Positions 25,886 to 40,030 of a DNA stretch of 64,000 nt are shown one piece after another (within the stretch, counting starts at the first letter, position 1; each line of letters starts with the position of its first letter). Source of the stretch: Octopus sinensis (taxonomy: Eukaryota); the NCBI RefSeq assembly GCF_006345805.1, contig NC_043002.1, forward strand, positions 33,232,001-33,296,000, read 5' to 3'. The notes under the pieces were generated by a model. The model was not told the DNA's origin. It made no database searches and saw nothing but the letters and a program-made list of their open reading frames with translations. The translations under genes and the position numbers were made by a program.

Positions 25886-26292
25886 TTTGATCTTTTATTC
25901 TTTTACTTGTTGCAGTCATTTGACTGCGGCCATGTTGGAGTATTGCTTTTAGTCAAACAAATCGACCTCAGGACTTATTATATCGGCCTTTTCTGCCGAA
26001 ACGCTAATGTTACGGGGACGTAAACACACCAACATCAGTTGTCAAGCGATGGTGGGGGGGGGGACAGACACACAAACACACACAGACACACACACACATA
26101 CACACATACACACCCATATGTATGTATACGACGGGCTTCTTTCAGTTTCTGTCAACCAAAGTCACTCACAAAGCTTTGGTCGGCTCGAAGCTATAGTAGA
26201 AAACACTTGCCCAAGGTCCCACTGTGTGGGACTGAACCCGGAACCATGTGGTTGGTAAGCAAGCTTCTTACAACACAGTCACTCCTGCGCCT
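25886..26292 (-). mobile_element. SINE family A
   Basis: Full head, body and tail. Confidence 0.85.
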
Positions 26293-26454
26293 TGAAAATA
26301 TGAAACAACAAGTTGTCTTCTATAAGTTGATAGCATTTTATGAAAAGCGATACTTGCCCCCTGGATACGATATATTATATAACACATTGGATTGAAACTG
26401 ATAATGTGAGCCAATTAATATTTTGGAAGTTTTCGGAGCTATGGTTGAGAAGAT

Positions 26455-26769
26455 TCAATTGCTTTGGTTGTTTACAAGATGAGAACCTTGGATCTGCTGA
26501 GCGGCAATTGTCATAGAAATATTAGCTTCTGCACTTGGCTGATGATTTTTGAAATGAAAGTTATTTTCCGATTTCTGACCATAGAACAGCTTGGCTACTT
26601 GTCCTTCGCTGACTGTCATAGTATGATCATTCCTGCCACTGTTTGCGTCATCTAAGTCTGTTGAATCAGAATCTGTTGAGTCTGTAGCCTTATCAGAATA
26701 TTCAAATTCTGTAGAAACTGACAGCATGAGGAGCTTTGAGGTTTGAAGAATGTATTGCTTCTCCAACAA
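26455..26769 (-). CDS. 104-codon non-repetitive ORF, possible exon or TE remnant
   Basis: Acidic S/D-rich stretch then mixed composition; AG acceptors near 26705-26715 and a GTAAGT about 140 nt upstream; no homology recognised. Confidence 0.25.
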   Translation of the reverse strand: MLEKQYILQTSKLLMLSVSTEFEYSDKATDSTDSDSTDLDDANSGRNDHTMTVSEGQVAKLFYGQKSENNFHFKNHQPSAEANISMTIAAQQIQGSHLVNNQSN

Positions 26770-27132
26770 TATATAGCTAACGAGTTATTTATAAATGTCT
26801 TTTGTTGAAAAAGACAAAAGTTCTGCCAACACAGCAACTAGACACATTAAAGAAAACTTACAGTGCTGCATCACCACCAAAAAAATATTATCATATTACA
26901 TGATTAAATAGACAAATACTATTTTTATTATGAGATAATTTTATTTTTCCATTTCAAATACGCTTACGTTTAATTCAACCCAAGAAGACAATTATATTTT
27001 ATCTATTGTGAGAGTAGCTCGTGGAGGGACAGCATCAGTAACCAGGCTCAGGATCAGGCTTTGGGTGGTTTCTGTATGTTCAAAATGAAAGGCTACATAC
27101 AAAGGAAAAGAATGAACAAAAATAGTGCTAAA

Positions 27133-27835
27133 CTAGCAGTATAGCCCGGCGTTGCTCGGGTTTGTTTTTTAGTTGCGCTTAAAACGGTCGACTTTGATGT
27201 CACGTTAACTAAGTTTTGACATAGTTTCAATCTATGAATAAAAGTATAGTGTGGCGATGCTCGAGTTTGCTCTGAATGTACTGCAAATGTGTAATCCCGA
27301 CTTCAATTGTAGGTATTGTTGGTTAATATTCCTTCTATTAACATTATGGAGAAAAAAAATACCCGTAGATTTAAAGCAAAATGAAGCTCAAGTTTCGAAC
27401 TGCACTGAAAATCTATTAAGAAGTTAATACTGCAACAGTATTCATTAAGAAAAAATTGAGGAAAATCCGTCGTTCGCTCAAAACCAATGACATCACAAGA
27501 AAGTCTCTTCAACCCTTTAGTATTGGAATTTTTGAAAAGTAAAATTTTTGCATTATGTAGATGTTATTCTCTTTAAATGAACATTTTTCTGGTTGAAATA
27601 CAACGAAAAATGGCGACACAGCAGTAAAAAAAAAAAACGTAAAAAATAGGGATTTTCATAGAAAAAAAGCAACTTTTTGATGTAAATAATTTTGGTCTTA
27701 ACATGGTCCGATTTGAATTTTTTTCTTCTACGGAATGAAGAGCAAGCCTTCTTCTATCATACTCTCAATTTTGGTCAAATTGCGCTGCAGGGTCTCGGAG
27801 GAGATAGTGTTAGTTGAAGGCTACCAAACCTGCTA

Positions 27836-27890
<55 letters not shown>

Positions 27891-27947
27891 ACATACACAC
27901 ACACATACACACACACACAGACAACTTCAGCTTTATATATATATAGA
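27133..27947 (-). mobile_element. Non-autonomous Helitron (longer variant)
   Basis: Same 3' hairpin and CTAG end as 7645; A|TC 5' end after (TA)n; internal (CA)n. Confidence 0.8.
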
Positions 27948-28247
27948 TAACAGTAACACAGAGAATGATGGACAACATTTTTGAGAGTGTGATGGAGAAG
28001 CCGAGGTAGAATCTAAACCTTTTATCCGAACAATCCGAAAATCATAAAACAAGTTTATTAAGGTTTATTTTATTTTGTTTTTGGATTTGGTTTGCAAGAT
28101 TCTTTATATAAATTGGCATAATGACCCTCCCAAAACACAACAAATTGATTAAGGTTAATAAATAATGTAATCAAGCTAAAACTATAATATTGCTACAGTA
28201 AAAGTAATTCTTAAAATATTTAAGAAAAGTCGAGGACATTTTTGACA

Positions 28248-28600
28248 CTTACACCTGATTGTCATATGCTTGCTCATCAGTAGTTAAACTCGCAATGATC
28301 CTGGAAGAATTGTCTGAGTTACATTGCATACAGCTAGTATATAATGTTTAGACAAGCATTGGGCCTATAGTTTTCAGAAAACTCGATGGATACCTGATTT
28401 CTCCGTGATATAGCTACCTAATATGACATGTCAATTCTGACCTTCTATAGCGCTTTTGAATATGCATATTAAAAGTTTTCTGTAAAATGTCGACCTCGTG
28501 TACCAGTATCCAAGTTCCCTCTAGATGCTTTCCCATTATGCAATTTGCCAACAGCTATGGTGAAATTATCGGGGTCAAACTGTCGATGTTTGTACATAAT
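28248..28600 (-). pseudogene. Possible very degenerate PLE endonuclease end with decayed HHR (28248-28284)
   Basis: HRQFDPDNFTIAV and, frameshifted, KHLEGTWILV; downstream ACTA-CTGATGA-GC...; weak. Confidence 0.25.
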
Positions 28601-28746
28601 TATCTCCTTACTGTATTTTGCCACAATGCATTAAGATTGAAATTTCTCTTTACGTTCCAGATTTTCAGCTTGAATGATCCAAGATTTTGAGAGGAAGCTT
28701 TCTTAACGGTAATATTTGTCTTCCTCATCTCTCTGCACAATGCTTG

Positions 28747-29298
28747 ATGTATGTATGTATGTATGTATGTATGTATGTATGTATGTATGTATGTATGTAT
28801 GTATGTATGTATGTATGTGTGTGCATGTATGTATGCATGTATGCATGTATGTATGTATATATGTATATATATGTATGTATGCATGTATGTATGTATGTAT
28901 GTATGTATGTATGTATGTATGTATGTTTTGTATGTATGTATATATGTATGCATGCATGTATGTATGTATGTATGTATGTATGTATGTATGTATGTATGTA
29001 TGTATGTATGTATGTGTGTGCATGTATGTATGCATGTATGCATGTATGTATGTATATATGTATATATGTATGTATGCATGTATGTATGTATGTATGTATG
29101 TATGTATGTTTTGTATGTATGTATATATGTATGCATGCATGTATGTATGTATGTATGTATGTTTGTATGTATGTATGTATGCATGCATGTATGTACGTAT
29201 GTATGTACGTATGTATGTATGTATGCATGTATGTATGTATGTATGTATGCATGCATGTATGTATGTATGTATGTATGTATGCATGCATGCATGCATGC

Positions 29299-29331
<33 letters not shown>

Positions 29332-29365
29332 TGTATGTATGTATGTATGTATGCATGTATGTACT
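28747..29365. repeat. (ATGT)n compound microsatellite with about 197-bp higher-order duplication
   Basis: Interruption pattern starting GTGTGTGC recurs at 28817 and 29014. Confidence 0.9.
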
Positions 29366-29929
29366 GATCTTTAACATTAAATAAATGTTAACTAATTAAA
29401 CGAAGAACCTAAAAGTAGATATCGAATGCAACGTGAAATTTCATCTCTGAGTTAATATGGTGGCAAGTAACCAGCAATAAAACAACATCGAAGCAATAAT
29501 TTAGTATTTAGAAGAAAAGGAAATGGGGGAAAACTCTAGCGAGAATCTATCTTGAGAGTCATTAAATGATCAACGCAAGATTTAAATGAATTAGGAACGT
29601 ATTTAATTGAGAAACAGAAAAAGAGAAGAGTGTCTTAAAACAGACGTTCGAAGGAAGATTATATGTTTCTATAGAGCAGAAACATTTGTGAAAGGAGGAG
29701 GAGGAGGAAGAGGGGGAGGAGGAGACAATAGTAGAAGGGTGAGGCGTAGTAGAAAGACGAGAAGTATCTCTAAGAAATAGAAGAAAATTCGGCTGAATAA
29801 TGACTATGAAAGTATTTGTGTTTTTGGGTCTCCGTCGTTTGATAGTGAGGATTTAGTTGTTCGATCAACAGAATTATCGGAATTACCCTGAATCAACGTG
29901 TAAGTGGCCGAGCATTCCACAGACATTTA

Positions 29930-30250
29930 TTAGTATCAGTTCTTCCTGCGCTCTCGAGAACATTAGCCAGCAAGTTGACATCACTGGCTCCTATTGACTG
30001 CGGGTTTTCTCTACTTTCAACTATGAGATATTGTCCTTTCTCAAGTTAGTTATAAATGTCTCGCGCCATGTAGTTCTCGGTCTATCCTTCTTTCTTTCCC
30101 CCTCTTGTGGTATCCATTTGAAAGCTGTTTTAGAATAGCCTTGTTCTGGTAGGATTGTTCTGGTAGCCGAAGTATAAGCCGGCTAATTTCAATCTTCGAC
30201 AGATATGCACACCGTTGACGTAATTCTCAAGCAAAATTAGTATGACATCA
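29930..30250 (-). pseudogene. RTE-clade LINE 3' remnant
   Basis: KTAFKWIPQEGKRKKDRPRTTWRETF, matching the RTE GKRxRGRPKTTW motif. Confidence 0.75.
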
Positions 30251-30894
30251 TATAGGACATAAGGGTACTTTTTGAATTACAGATACAATCCACCCATTGA
30301 TGTTTTATATACTTTCTGTTAACACAATTTCGCTCACACAACATGGGTCAGACCGAGGGTATAGAAACTGGCATTTACCCAAGATACCACACAATGGGAT
30401 CGAGCTTGCGAAGCAAGCTTCTTAATCGTTCGCTCAAACTGCGCCAACTGAACTATGTATAGTAAACGAGATAATGAAGCAATGACCCAATGATAAGAGA
30501 TACATTGGTTGTCAGTGCGGGTCAAAAGCTGCTGATAACTCACTTTTTTGAACTTGATCAAAGAATAAAAGCATAGCAGATTTATACAAGATTTATAAAG
30601 TTTTATGGAGATTTATAAAGATGAAGAATATATTCGGAGGAAAAATAAGGAAGAACACAGTCTTACAGATGCAAACAAATGCGCGTGCGCGTAAACCAAC
30701 CAAGAAGCAACAACGTTCACCGCTGTCAAACACTCTGTATCATCTATCAGTATTATGAAGTCAACAGAACGTGCTGAACTGTCAACCTGTAATTAACACC
30801 TTGAAGCTGTTTATTTACCCGTTTTTAACACACACACACACACACACACACACACGCCACACACACACACAAACACACACACACACACACACAC

Positions 30895-30939
<45 letters not shown>

Positions 30940-30965
30940 TATATATATATTATATATATATGTAT

Positions 30966-31045
<80 letters not shown>

Positions 31046-31416
31046 TACAGTAATTCGCTTTCATATCGAAACAAATTTATTTTCGAATGTTCCCGTAAAT
31101 AAAATATTCTCAAATCACAGCTGCTTAGGACGAGGATTAACGACCATCTGCTTTCTTCCTTATTATTTTCGGTGTAATTCATTCCTCTACGAGAAACAAA
31201 AAACCACCGACGCCGAGTTGATTCTCATATGAAAAGAATTTCAGGTGACTGCATCATTGCAATCGTTTAGCCTCTTTACCTGTCGTTCAATCAAAATAGT
31301 AAGCACTCGTTCGTCTCGCCTGCTTGCCAACTCCGAAAATATCATGCCGCTCTGCCACATGTTTAATTATTTCACTAAATATAGATTGTCATTGGTTTCA
31401 TCAGTATAAACCGTAA

Positions 31417-31481
<65 letters not shown>

Positions 31482-31617
31482 TACTCATGAATACAAATAT
31501 ACATGCACTTGTATATATACAAGTACTCACGCAAATATATTAGTTGAAATATATAGATGACAGTTAAGATAGAGTTAACATTTGAATGCAACTAACAAGA
31601 AATCCTACATGAGTATG

Positions 31618-31664
<47 letters not shown>

Positions 31665-31665
<1 letters not shown>

Positions 31666-31995
31666 AAAAAATACAAACTGGGACAAGAACGCAAAACATT
31701 TAGAAGACGATACAAAAAACACGGACAGGACATTCGAAGCCTTCAATCTTCAGTCAAGAACCGGATCATCCTCGCAATTTCGGCTGATTAATCTTGAGAT
31801 TGCTCCGACCTGGCCAGCCCCAAAGGAAAATCTAAGCCAAGCGCATTAGATTCCTTGGAAGAAAGCCTCGAATGTATACAAAACAAGGACGGGAAAACGG
31901 ACAATGTTACACGAATAAAAATACAAAAATACGTAAAAACAATAATGATAATAATAATAACAAAAACAGGACGTCACAGACAGGCGTCTTGTATA
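31665..31995 (-). mobile_element. About 330-bp structured non-coding element in (TA)n, pLTR-like
   Basis: Closing stem 31730-31740/31865-31875, inner hairpins, GGCTG/CAGCC-GAAA and CTGAAGA motifs; second copy at 24966. Confidence 0.55.
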
Positions 31996-32293
31996 TATAC
32001 ATGTATGTACTCACACACGATCACACACACTCGCACACACACTCACACACACACACACATACACATAAATAGCTTTGTATGGAGCTGGTAGTTCACCCCT
32101 TCGCTACCCAAATCTTCTCGCCAGCTTGATGCGTTCTTTCGGGCGACGATGATGGGCAAGAATATTCATTACAATACGAAGAGAAAAGAAAATGTGTTTA
32201 TGAATATATACATACGTATAAAATGTATGAATATGTATCTATGCATATACGAATACCCACACACACACGCATGTATTTATGTATGTTATATAC

Positions 32294-32328
<35 letters not shown>

Positions 32329-32342
32329 ATATATATATATAT

Positions 32343-32541
32343 ACTCTTTTACTTGTTTCAGTCATTTGACTGCGGGCATTCTGGAGCACCGCCTTTAGTC
32401 GAGCAAATCGCCCCCAGGACTTATTCTTTGTAAGCCTAGTACTTATTCTATCGGTCTCTTTTGCCGAACCGCTAAGTTACGGGGACGTAAACACACCAGC
32501 ATCTGTTTTCAAGCGATGTTGGGGGGACAAACACAGACACA

Positions 32542-32577
<36 letters not shown>

Positions 32578-32709
32578 TATGCATACATACGACGGGCTAC
32601 TTTCAGTTTCCATCTACCAAAGACACTTGCCCAAGGTGTCACGCAGTGGGACTGAACCCGGAACCATGTGGTTGGTAAGCAAGCTACTTACCACACAGCC
32701 ACTCCTGCA
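32343..32709 (-). mobile_element. SINE family A
   Basis: Head, body and tail. Confidence 0.85.
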
Positions 32710-32711
32710 TG

Positions 32712-32750
<39 letters not shown>

Positions 32751-32859
32751 CATTATATAATTAGGGCTTAGTAAAATAAATTACTTTGCCACATACTGAA
32801 CTTAGTATATATATATATACTTGCTATTATGTTAAACTGTCGCATGTCCAAATTTGACC

Positions 32860-33070
32860 GAATGCGTTTTCTTCAATAATTATTTTTGCTTGCAATAACC
32901 GGTTCTTTTGGTCAATCTGTCGTATCTCCAGCTGCTACAGATGCCAAGATATCAAAAATTGTCGAAGTGCTTTGCGATGGAATGGCGAAACTATTTTTTT
33001 CGTTTTCTGAAAAAAAGCAATGCTTTGCACTTACGACACTTTTGCATAATAGCAACGATATATATGTACA
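32860..33070 (-). pseudogene. Possible Helitron Rep N-terminal remnant
   Basis: IMQKCRKCKALLFF...CSSG resembles the CxxCxALxFxxE...CC.xG zinc-binding region; frameshifted. Confidence 0.3.
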
Positions 33071-33992
33071 TATAAATAGCACCGACAGGTAGTCTCTATC
33101 TGACACTGCGTGCTCCTCGCTCCTCTAGAATGTTTTTCAGTACCTTTTTTACTCGTTTTATTTCTTTGTTTTTACTTTTTTTATTTTTCTATTTTTGTTT
33201 TCTTCTCCTCACTGACAAGAAAGGAGATCAAAGGGGAAGAACACGTGACTCTCTAAATAGTTTTAATGATGCAAAAACCTTCTGGTCTAGTGTTTATATA
33301 GACGTACTTGTGTGTATTTGTATGTATATGTGTGTGAGTATTTGTGTGTGTAGTATGTGTGTGCGCGCGTATATGCACAAGGGTGTATTACAAATATCAG
33401 CTTATATCAAAACAACAATATCACATACTGCCCCATACTCGCACAGGTATACTCACACACACGGTTCTAAGTATCAGTATGCAGATATGTTTTCATGCAT
33501 AGAATGATGATGATGTTGTTGTTGCTGTTGGTCTTGTTAAGCCACTGACCCCGCCGCTCCAGACCGAAAAGATATATTACATTCCAACGGTTATAATGCC
33601 ATCGTATTAACAAGATTATGTGAGACATTTACGATGCTAGGATTTTTGAGACAGAGCACACTTTCTTGCTGCCTTGGGCACATATTGCTGTAGAACAACA
33701 TACACATACATACATACACAGAGATATATATGTATATGTAATTTTTAAGTGTATAATCATAAAAATTTAATTACAATTAAGGTCGCTGGAATGCCAGCGC
33801 CTATACGCTATTAATTATATCCTCAGTTTATATGTATATTTATATGTGTATGTGTGTGTGTGTGTGTGTATTTGCCAGCGCTTATACGCTATAAATTATA
33901 TCTTCAATTTATATGTATATGTGTATATGTGTATATATATATATACATATACATACCTATACACACACACCACACGCACACACATACATATG

Positions 33993-34026
<34 letters not shown>

Positions 34027-34027
34027 A

Positions 34028-34061
<34 letters not shown>

Positions 34062-35145
34062 GGATAGATAGATATGTCTGTATAAATATACAACAAAAAG
34101 TTCTTTTCCCGTCATATTATAGATATGCTGGAAAGATTTCTTCTAGGATTCTGAGATCATCGACACCTACCTACCTACCTACCCACCTACATACCTACCT
34201 ACGTACCTACCTATCTACCTACCTACCTACCTACCTACCTACCTACCTACCTACCTATCTACCTACCTATCTACCTTCCTTCTTCCTACCTACCCACCCA
34301 CCTATCTACATACATACATATATACATAAACACATAATGCATGCATACATACATACGTACTTACGCACATGTATACATTCACACATGCATGCATACCTAT
34401 CTACCTACCCACTACGATATAAAGGATTGACGCAACTTAATTAAAGAATCAAAGAGCAAGAACTTTTGGAAATTGACCCCTCAGATATAATATACGACAT
34501 CACTTTCAGCTTGTACAATACCTGCCGAAAAATTTTGACTTTCGATGCTAAAAACATTAAGGAATGAAAATATGAAAGGTTGTTTACCTCTACTGAAAAT
34601 ACAAAACTTTCCTCGCGTAGAAACTAGTCCATATATGAACATATATAAACTAGTTTCTACGCCATAAAGCGTTTTGCTTTTAAGTAATAGGTATCTCTTA
34701 CTTAATGAAGTTACTTGTAACTATACCAAGATTAACGCATGTATTGAAGCAAATATATAACTAGAGAATTTGATCATACAGCAGATTAAACAGTTTAGCT
34801 AAATGTGAATCATTCGTCATGAAACATAGGGAGAATTTTGCCTCCAAACAGATATGTATATTAATTAATCCCGCAAAAATCCAAGATCCGATTAAATAGT
34901 TAGAATATCATAATCTTATTAATAGGAAGATTAGTAAAGTAAACAACCTTCAGTTGAGGAATAAAAATCAAACTGCGACTAATATAAACAGGTTTATTAT
35001 TATTATTATTATTAATAATAATAATAATAATAATAATAAATATGACTTCAACGTTACCTAATTTGGTATTGTTGAATTTAGTGCTTCCATTTCCTGATCT
35101 CCAGTTATCAGTGACTGAAAATTTGCTAAAAGTTTTTTAATATAT

Positions 35146-35376
35146 ATTTCTTTACTACCCACAAGGGGCTAAACACAGAGAGGACAAACAAGGACAGACA
35201 AACGGATTAAGTCGATTACATCGACCCCAGTGCGTAACTGGTACTTAATTTATCGACCCCGAAAGGATGAAAGGCAAAGTCGACCTCGACGGAATTTGAA
35301 CTCAGAACGTAATGGCAGACAAAATACGGCTACGCATTTCGCCCGGCGTCCTAACGTTTCTGCCAGCTCGCCGCCT
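35146..35376 (-). mobile_element. SINE family B, full length
   Basis: Same body as the 20760 units. Confidence 0.9.
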
Positions 35377-35471
35377 TTTTTAATATAGACGACAATGATA
35401 TGCTGCAGCATAGATAGTAGTGATATATAACAATATAGGTAACACTGATATACACACACACAAACACACAT

Positions 35472-35502
<31 letters not shown>

Positions 35503-35511
35503 GTATAAAAA

Positions 35512-35815
35512 CGCATGGCCCAGTGATTATAGCATGGGTCACAATCATGAGTTTATGAGTCCGATTCCCGGACCAAGCTATGTGTTGTGTTCTTGAGCAA
35601 GACACTTTATTTCACGTTGTTCCACTTCACTCAGCTGTAAAAATGAGTTGCGACGTCACTGGTACCAAGCTGTATTGGGCTTTGCTTTTCTTTTCGACAA
35701 CATCGGTGGCATGGAGAACGGACACTGGTATTGCATGAGTGACTGCTAGTCTTCCACAAACAACCTTTCCCGGACTTGTGCCTCGGAGGGGAACTTTCTA
35801 GGTGCGTGTTGCTAA
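35512..35815 (+). mobile_element. SINE family D
   Basis: TGGCCCAGTG A-box-like, GAGTCCGATTCC B-box-like, then TTGAGCAAGACACTTT domain. Confidence 0.75.
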
Positions 35816-35999
35816 TGACAGTGTGTTTAAGACGTTAGGTTCTATATATGTATATACAAGCGAATATTGTAATGTTTGTATACGTTTGGACGACAAGGAA
35901 AAACCATCTTAATATATGTAAACAATATTATGTAAACAATATATGTAAACAATATATGTAAACAAAATTTTTGGAAGTCATACAAATGTAAAAAATATG

Positions 36000-38900
36000 C
36001 TGAGATATACACAGATTGGAATGAGTTAGACGTACCCATACTTCCCTGCAAATTCTTAATAAAAGAAATTATAGGTGAACCGGAGGAAGAAACAAAACTA
36101 AGATGGGCGCTGCGTATGGCGAAATTGAGGGCATACATCTTTACCAGCCTAAGTAAAGAGTCTCGATTCAAGACAAAATACGAAACAGTGGGCAATGACA
36201 TTATCGAGGTAATATCGAAAATAGCTACGGAAACATAGCTGAGAAAATGAAAGTGATGTGGATTAAAGGTATTATAAAAGAAAATAAATCAAGACATTTA
36301 TAGCAAAAGAAACAATTGTTCCTTGATAAATATGCCGAGAACTACAGTAATGAGAGTTCAGTACCACATAAAATAAATATAATAAGGAAGCAACTTAAGC
36401 AAAACAATATTCACGAAAACACGTGGCAACAAAAACAGTCAACCACAAGGAACTACGGTAAGAACTTTTTATCATTTAAAAATACAAAGAAACATACCTG
36501 TACACGTAACATACAAGAATACCGTAAACAAAACAAACATTCCTTTGATCAAGACGTTAGAAACAAAACAGTTATTCATTTGATTAAAATATTGTAGGAA
36601 GGAAAACCAGGAAGAAATCGCATTCAAGATCTCAACGAAAATCACCTCTTAGAAACAGAACAAAAAAAAAACATATTAGACCGTCAAATAAACCCCAAAA
36701 GTTCTTTTCACAAACTGAAAATATAAATAATATTCTCATACTTAGGAACAAGAGGAAAAAACATACCTAACCAAACAACACAACCAAAATACAAAGCTCA
36801 CTAGAGAAAAGATGCTAATAATAGAAGAAATAATAGACAAAAAAGTATCTACTTTTTAGGGTCAGGACAGGAAATACCAGAGAATGAAAAGTCCGATTAG
36901 AAACAACTGTAAAACAGCTGATAGGATAGACCTTAAATTTATTAATCTGTCAAAAAGAAATATAGACAGTGGCGAACTTCGATTTTTGATGACAGGACTA
37001 AAATCTACACCTACACCTACAGTCAACCATCAGGAATTGGAGGAAGATATCTAAAACTTTTATCGGAAACTACGACCTGTGGAGTTTTTACTGATAAAAA
37101 TAATGAGAATGATGAATCCTTGGCGAAAAATAAATCAAAATTTAACCCGCCAAAGGGACGAAATACACATCTAGATCAGTTCATTGATATCCCCTCCAGA
37201 TTTCCACTGATGCATAACATCAACGTCAGGCTAAAATAATTCCAAAACTAGATAAGTCTGCCCTTATACGTCTTAAAAATGACAACACAATTGTCATCAA
37301 ACAAGCGGATAAAGGGGGTGCCATTATTATAATGGATACGGAATATTACCGGGATCTAGCTGAAGATCATTTGAAGGATACAACGTACTACCATGAAATA
37401 CCCTCGAATATTGACCACCGCATCATGAAGAAACGCAATTATTTACTCCCCAAACATTATAACTCCCTCACTTCTAATGAAAGGGTCTATATTACCAATT
37501 TTGAGTCGAAATCCAGAAATGTCTATGGCTTACCTAAAATTCATAAGTCAAAACATATATAAAGTGCTATAAAGGAACAAGATAGTGTATACATAAAACT
37601 ACTACAACCAAAAGACCTGAAACTAAGAGCCATTATGGCTGGTCCAGCCTGTCCTATACATCATCTGAGCATCATCATTGACGTTATGCTAAAACCACTA
37701 TGTTTCAGACATTGATTTCCTGTCACATCTGCCTAAAACAACAGAGTTCAATTCACTGTTAGTTTTGACGTAACAAACATATATACGAACATTCCACATG
37801 ATTTGAGAATTACTGCCATAAAATATTGGGTCGAGAGACATAGAAGCGATCCCCAGTATATTTACTGTAACCTTCATACTAGACGCAGTCAGTCTCATCC
37901 TCGAAAATACATTTTTTTCAACAGAAAAAAAAACTATCTCCAAATTCGAGGTACATCTACGGGGACGCGGTTTACTCCAGTTTTCGCGAACTCAGTATTG
38001 GGATACTTGGAACAAATCCTAAAAAAAAAAAAAAATAAGAGAACTACAGCATGACCTTTAAAAGACATAGAGAACACATGGAAAAGATACCTCGATGATT
38101 GTTTTTTTTTTAATTTGGACCAACTCCCTAGAAAATCTGGAAGAATTCTGCACCCTTCTCAACAATGTACTCCCTAGTATCAAATTCACAAGAGAAATGA
38201 GCAACACACAATTACCATTTTTGGGCATAATGGTAATTAAAAGCAACACCTCAATCACAAAAATCACAAAGTTATAAAAGCACAGAATCATAAAATTACA
38301 AAAGCACAGATACTCATCAGTACCTAAATTTCAAATCATGCCACGCAGCACACACTAAACACAACATCCCGTACTGTGTAGCCAAAGAAATTTGTACTAT
38401 AGTAAATTATCCAAATACCAGGAACATACGACTTACAGAACTCAAAGGATTTCTGCTCAAGCAAAATTACCCTCTCCAACATATAGAAAATAGCATACTA
38501 CGAGCAAAAGAGGTATCTGTAGAACAACTTAGGGCAACATGAGAAAGTCGAACCCATTAACGCAACACAATAGTAACACATAATCCGCATCACCAAAATA
38601 TTTTTAATATCATCAAACAAATTTACCAATCAATAAGAAAATTTTCCCGGAAAATTATCAATAAATAATAATATCAAAGGGTAATTAGAAATATTTGAAA
38701 TTTCCATTTTATTTACTGCCGACAAGGAGCTGCGCTTGTGCGGTAGATTTGAAAAATTAGAATGTATAAGCATATACTGGATTGCTTCGTGTATATATAT
38801 TTAATCTAAGGTGTACCTGCTGAAGAAGACTTCGCCGAGCAAATTATTTTATTTGTTAAAAAAAGTCTGAAACCATTGGTCCAGGAGTTAGATGGTAAAT

Positions 38901-39005
38901 GTTTTTCGAAATTTTATCCCTAATAGTGGTTTGGAATTTAACTTTCCTCTCTAGCGAGCAAGGAATCTTATGATGGATGCCTCTTGTGTGTTTAAATGAA
39001 CACTG
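36000..39005 (+). mobile_element. Degenerate Penelope-like retroelement (RT ORF with frameshifts, endonuclease deleted, 3' pLTR with HHR)
   Basis: FNPPKGRNTHLDQFI, IVIKQADKGGAIIIMD, YGLPKIHK, SFDVTNIYTNIPH, GTSTGTRFTPVFAN, WKRYLDDC, IKFT...LPFL and TDTHQYLNFKSCH motifs in order. Confidence 0.9.
38816..38885 (+). ncRNA. Type I hammerhead ribozyme, canonical core
   Basis: CCTG-CTGAAGA-AGACTT...AAGTCT-GAAA-CCATTG-GTC-CAGG; extra GCAAAT/ATTTGT helix in stem II; predicted cleavage after 38881. Confidence 0.85.
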
Positions 39006-39759
39006 TATATGTATGTATTATATATATATATATATTATATATATATAATATATATATTTAAATTAAAAAACCCCACCTTTTACAATTCAAAATGAACAAT
39101 TAAATTACACCATCTAGATAATTACATAAATAGAATTGATAAAAGGTTGTTTTTTCTAATTTATATGTATATATATATATATATATAATATTATATATAT
39201 ATATATATAAGAGAGGAGAGAGGAGAGAGAGAGAGAGAGGATATTGTGTGAAATTTGATTTAGTTTTTCTAAATTGAATTTTTTACCTGTAAGTTAGGAT
39301 TAATATTCCCTCAAATAATTCTCTCTATATATGTATATGTACGTATGTGTGTGTGCGTGCGTGCGCACGTAGTATGCATACTTATTTGATATATCTATAT
39401 TCTACGTATGTATATATATATATATATGTTAGTATAGATGGTCATAATATATATTTATATCACAACACAGATGAATATTATATACATTCAATTTTAGGAG
39501 GTAACGATATAGATATTATGCCACGGAAACTGTTCTTGAAAAAAATAATCTGTCTAGATTTTTCAAAAATTACACCCGCAGAGTCGTTTGACGTCAACAA
39601 TAGATGTAGAATGAGATAGAAACAATAGGCTTGGCTATAGCCCAGCAAGCAAACGAACACATTAAACTCAATTATATATTTAGAGATTACCTATTAACAC
39701 CTTCGGTAATTTCGGTCAACTAGTGACTATCAGCAATAAAGTAATGTTAATTCCTTAAC

Positions 39760-40030
39760 ATTACCCTCACCTTAGACAAATGTAACTCTGACAGTAAAGT
39801 TAATGAGTAATTCAGATATATTAATATAGAACCCTGCCACCATCATAGAGTTTACAAAAACCTCTTTTAAAGATATCAGCAGAAGAATCTCCAGTTTGTC
39901 ATTGAATAAAAAAAATTTCGATAGTGTTACATCGTACCACAATATGGCGCTAGAAACTATCGGATTCAGAGACATTATCCTCCATCGCCCTCCACCAAAA
40001 AGAAAAAGCAAAAAAAAAACAAAACTCTAA
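39760..40030 (+). pseudogene. PLE RT thumb-region fragment (different subfamily)
   Basis: YINIE...ISRRISSLSLNKKNFDSVTSYHNMALETIGF. Confidence 0.65.

Noticed and set aside
33205-33290. CTGACAA...AAAACC..GGTC hammerhead candidate
   Set aside because: Core and stem II too degenerate.
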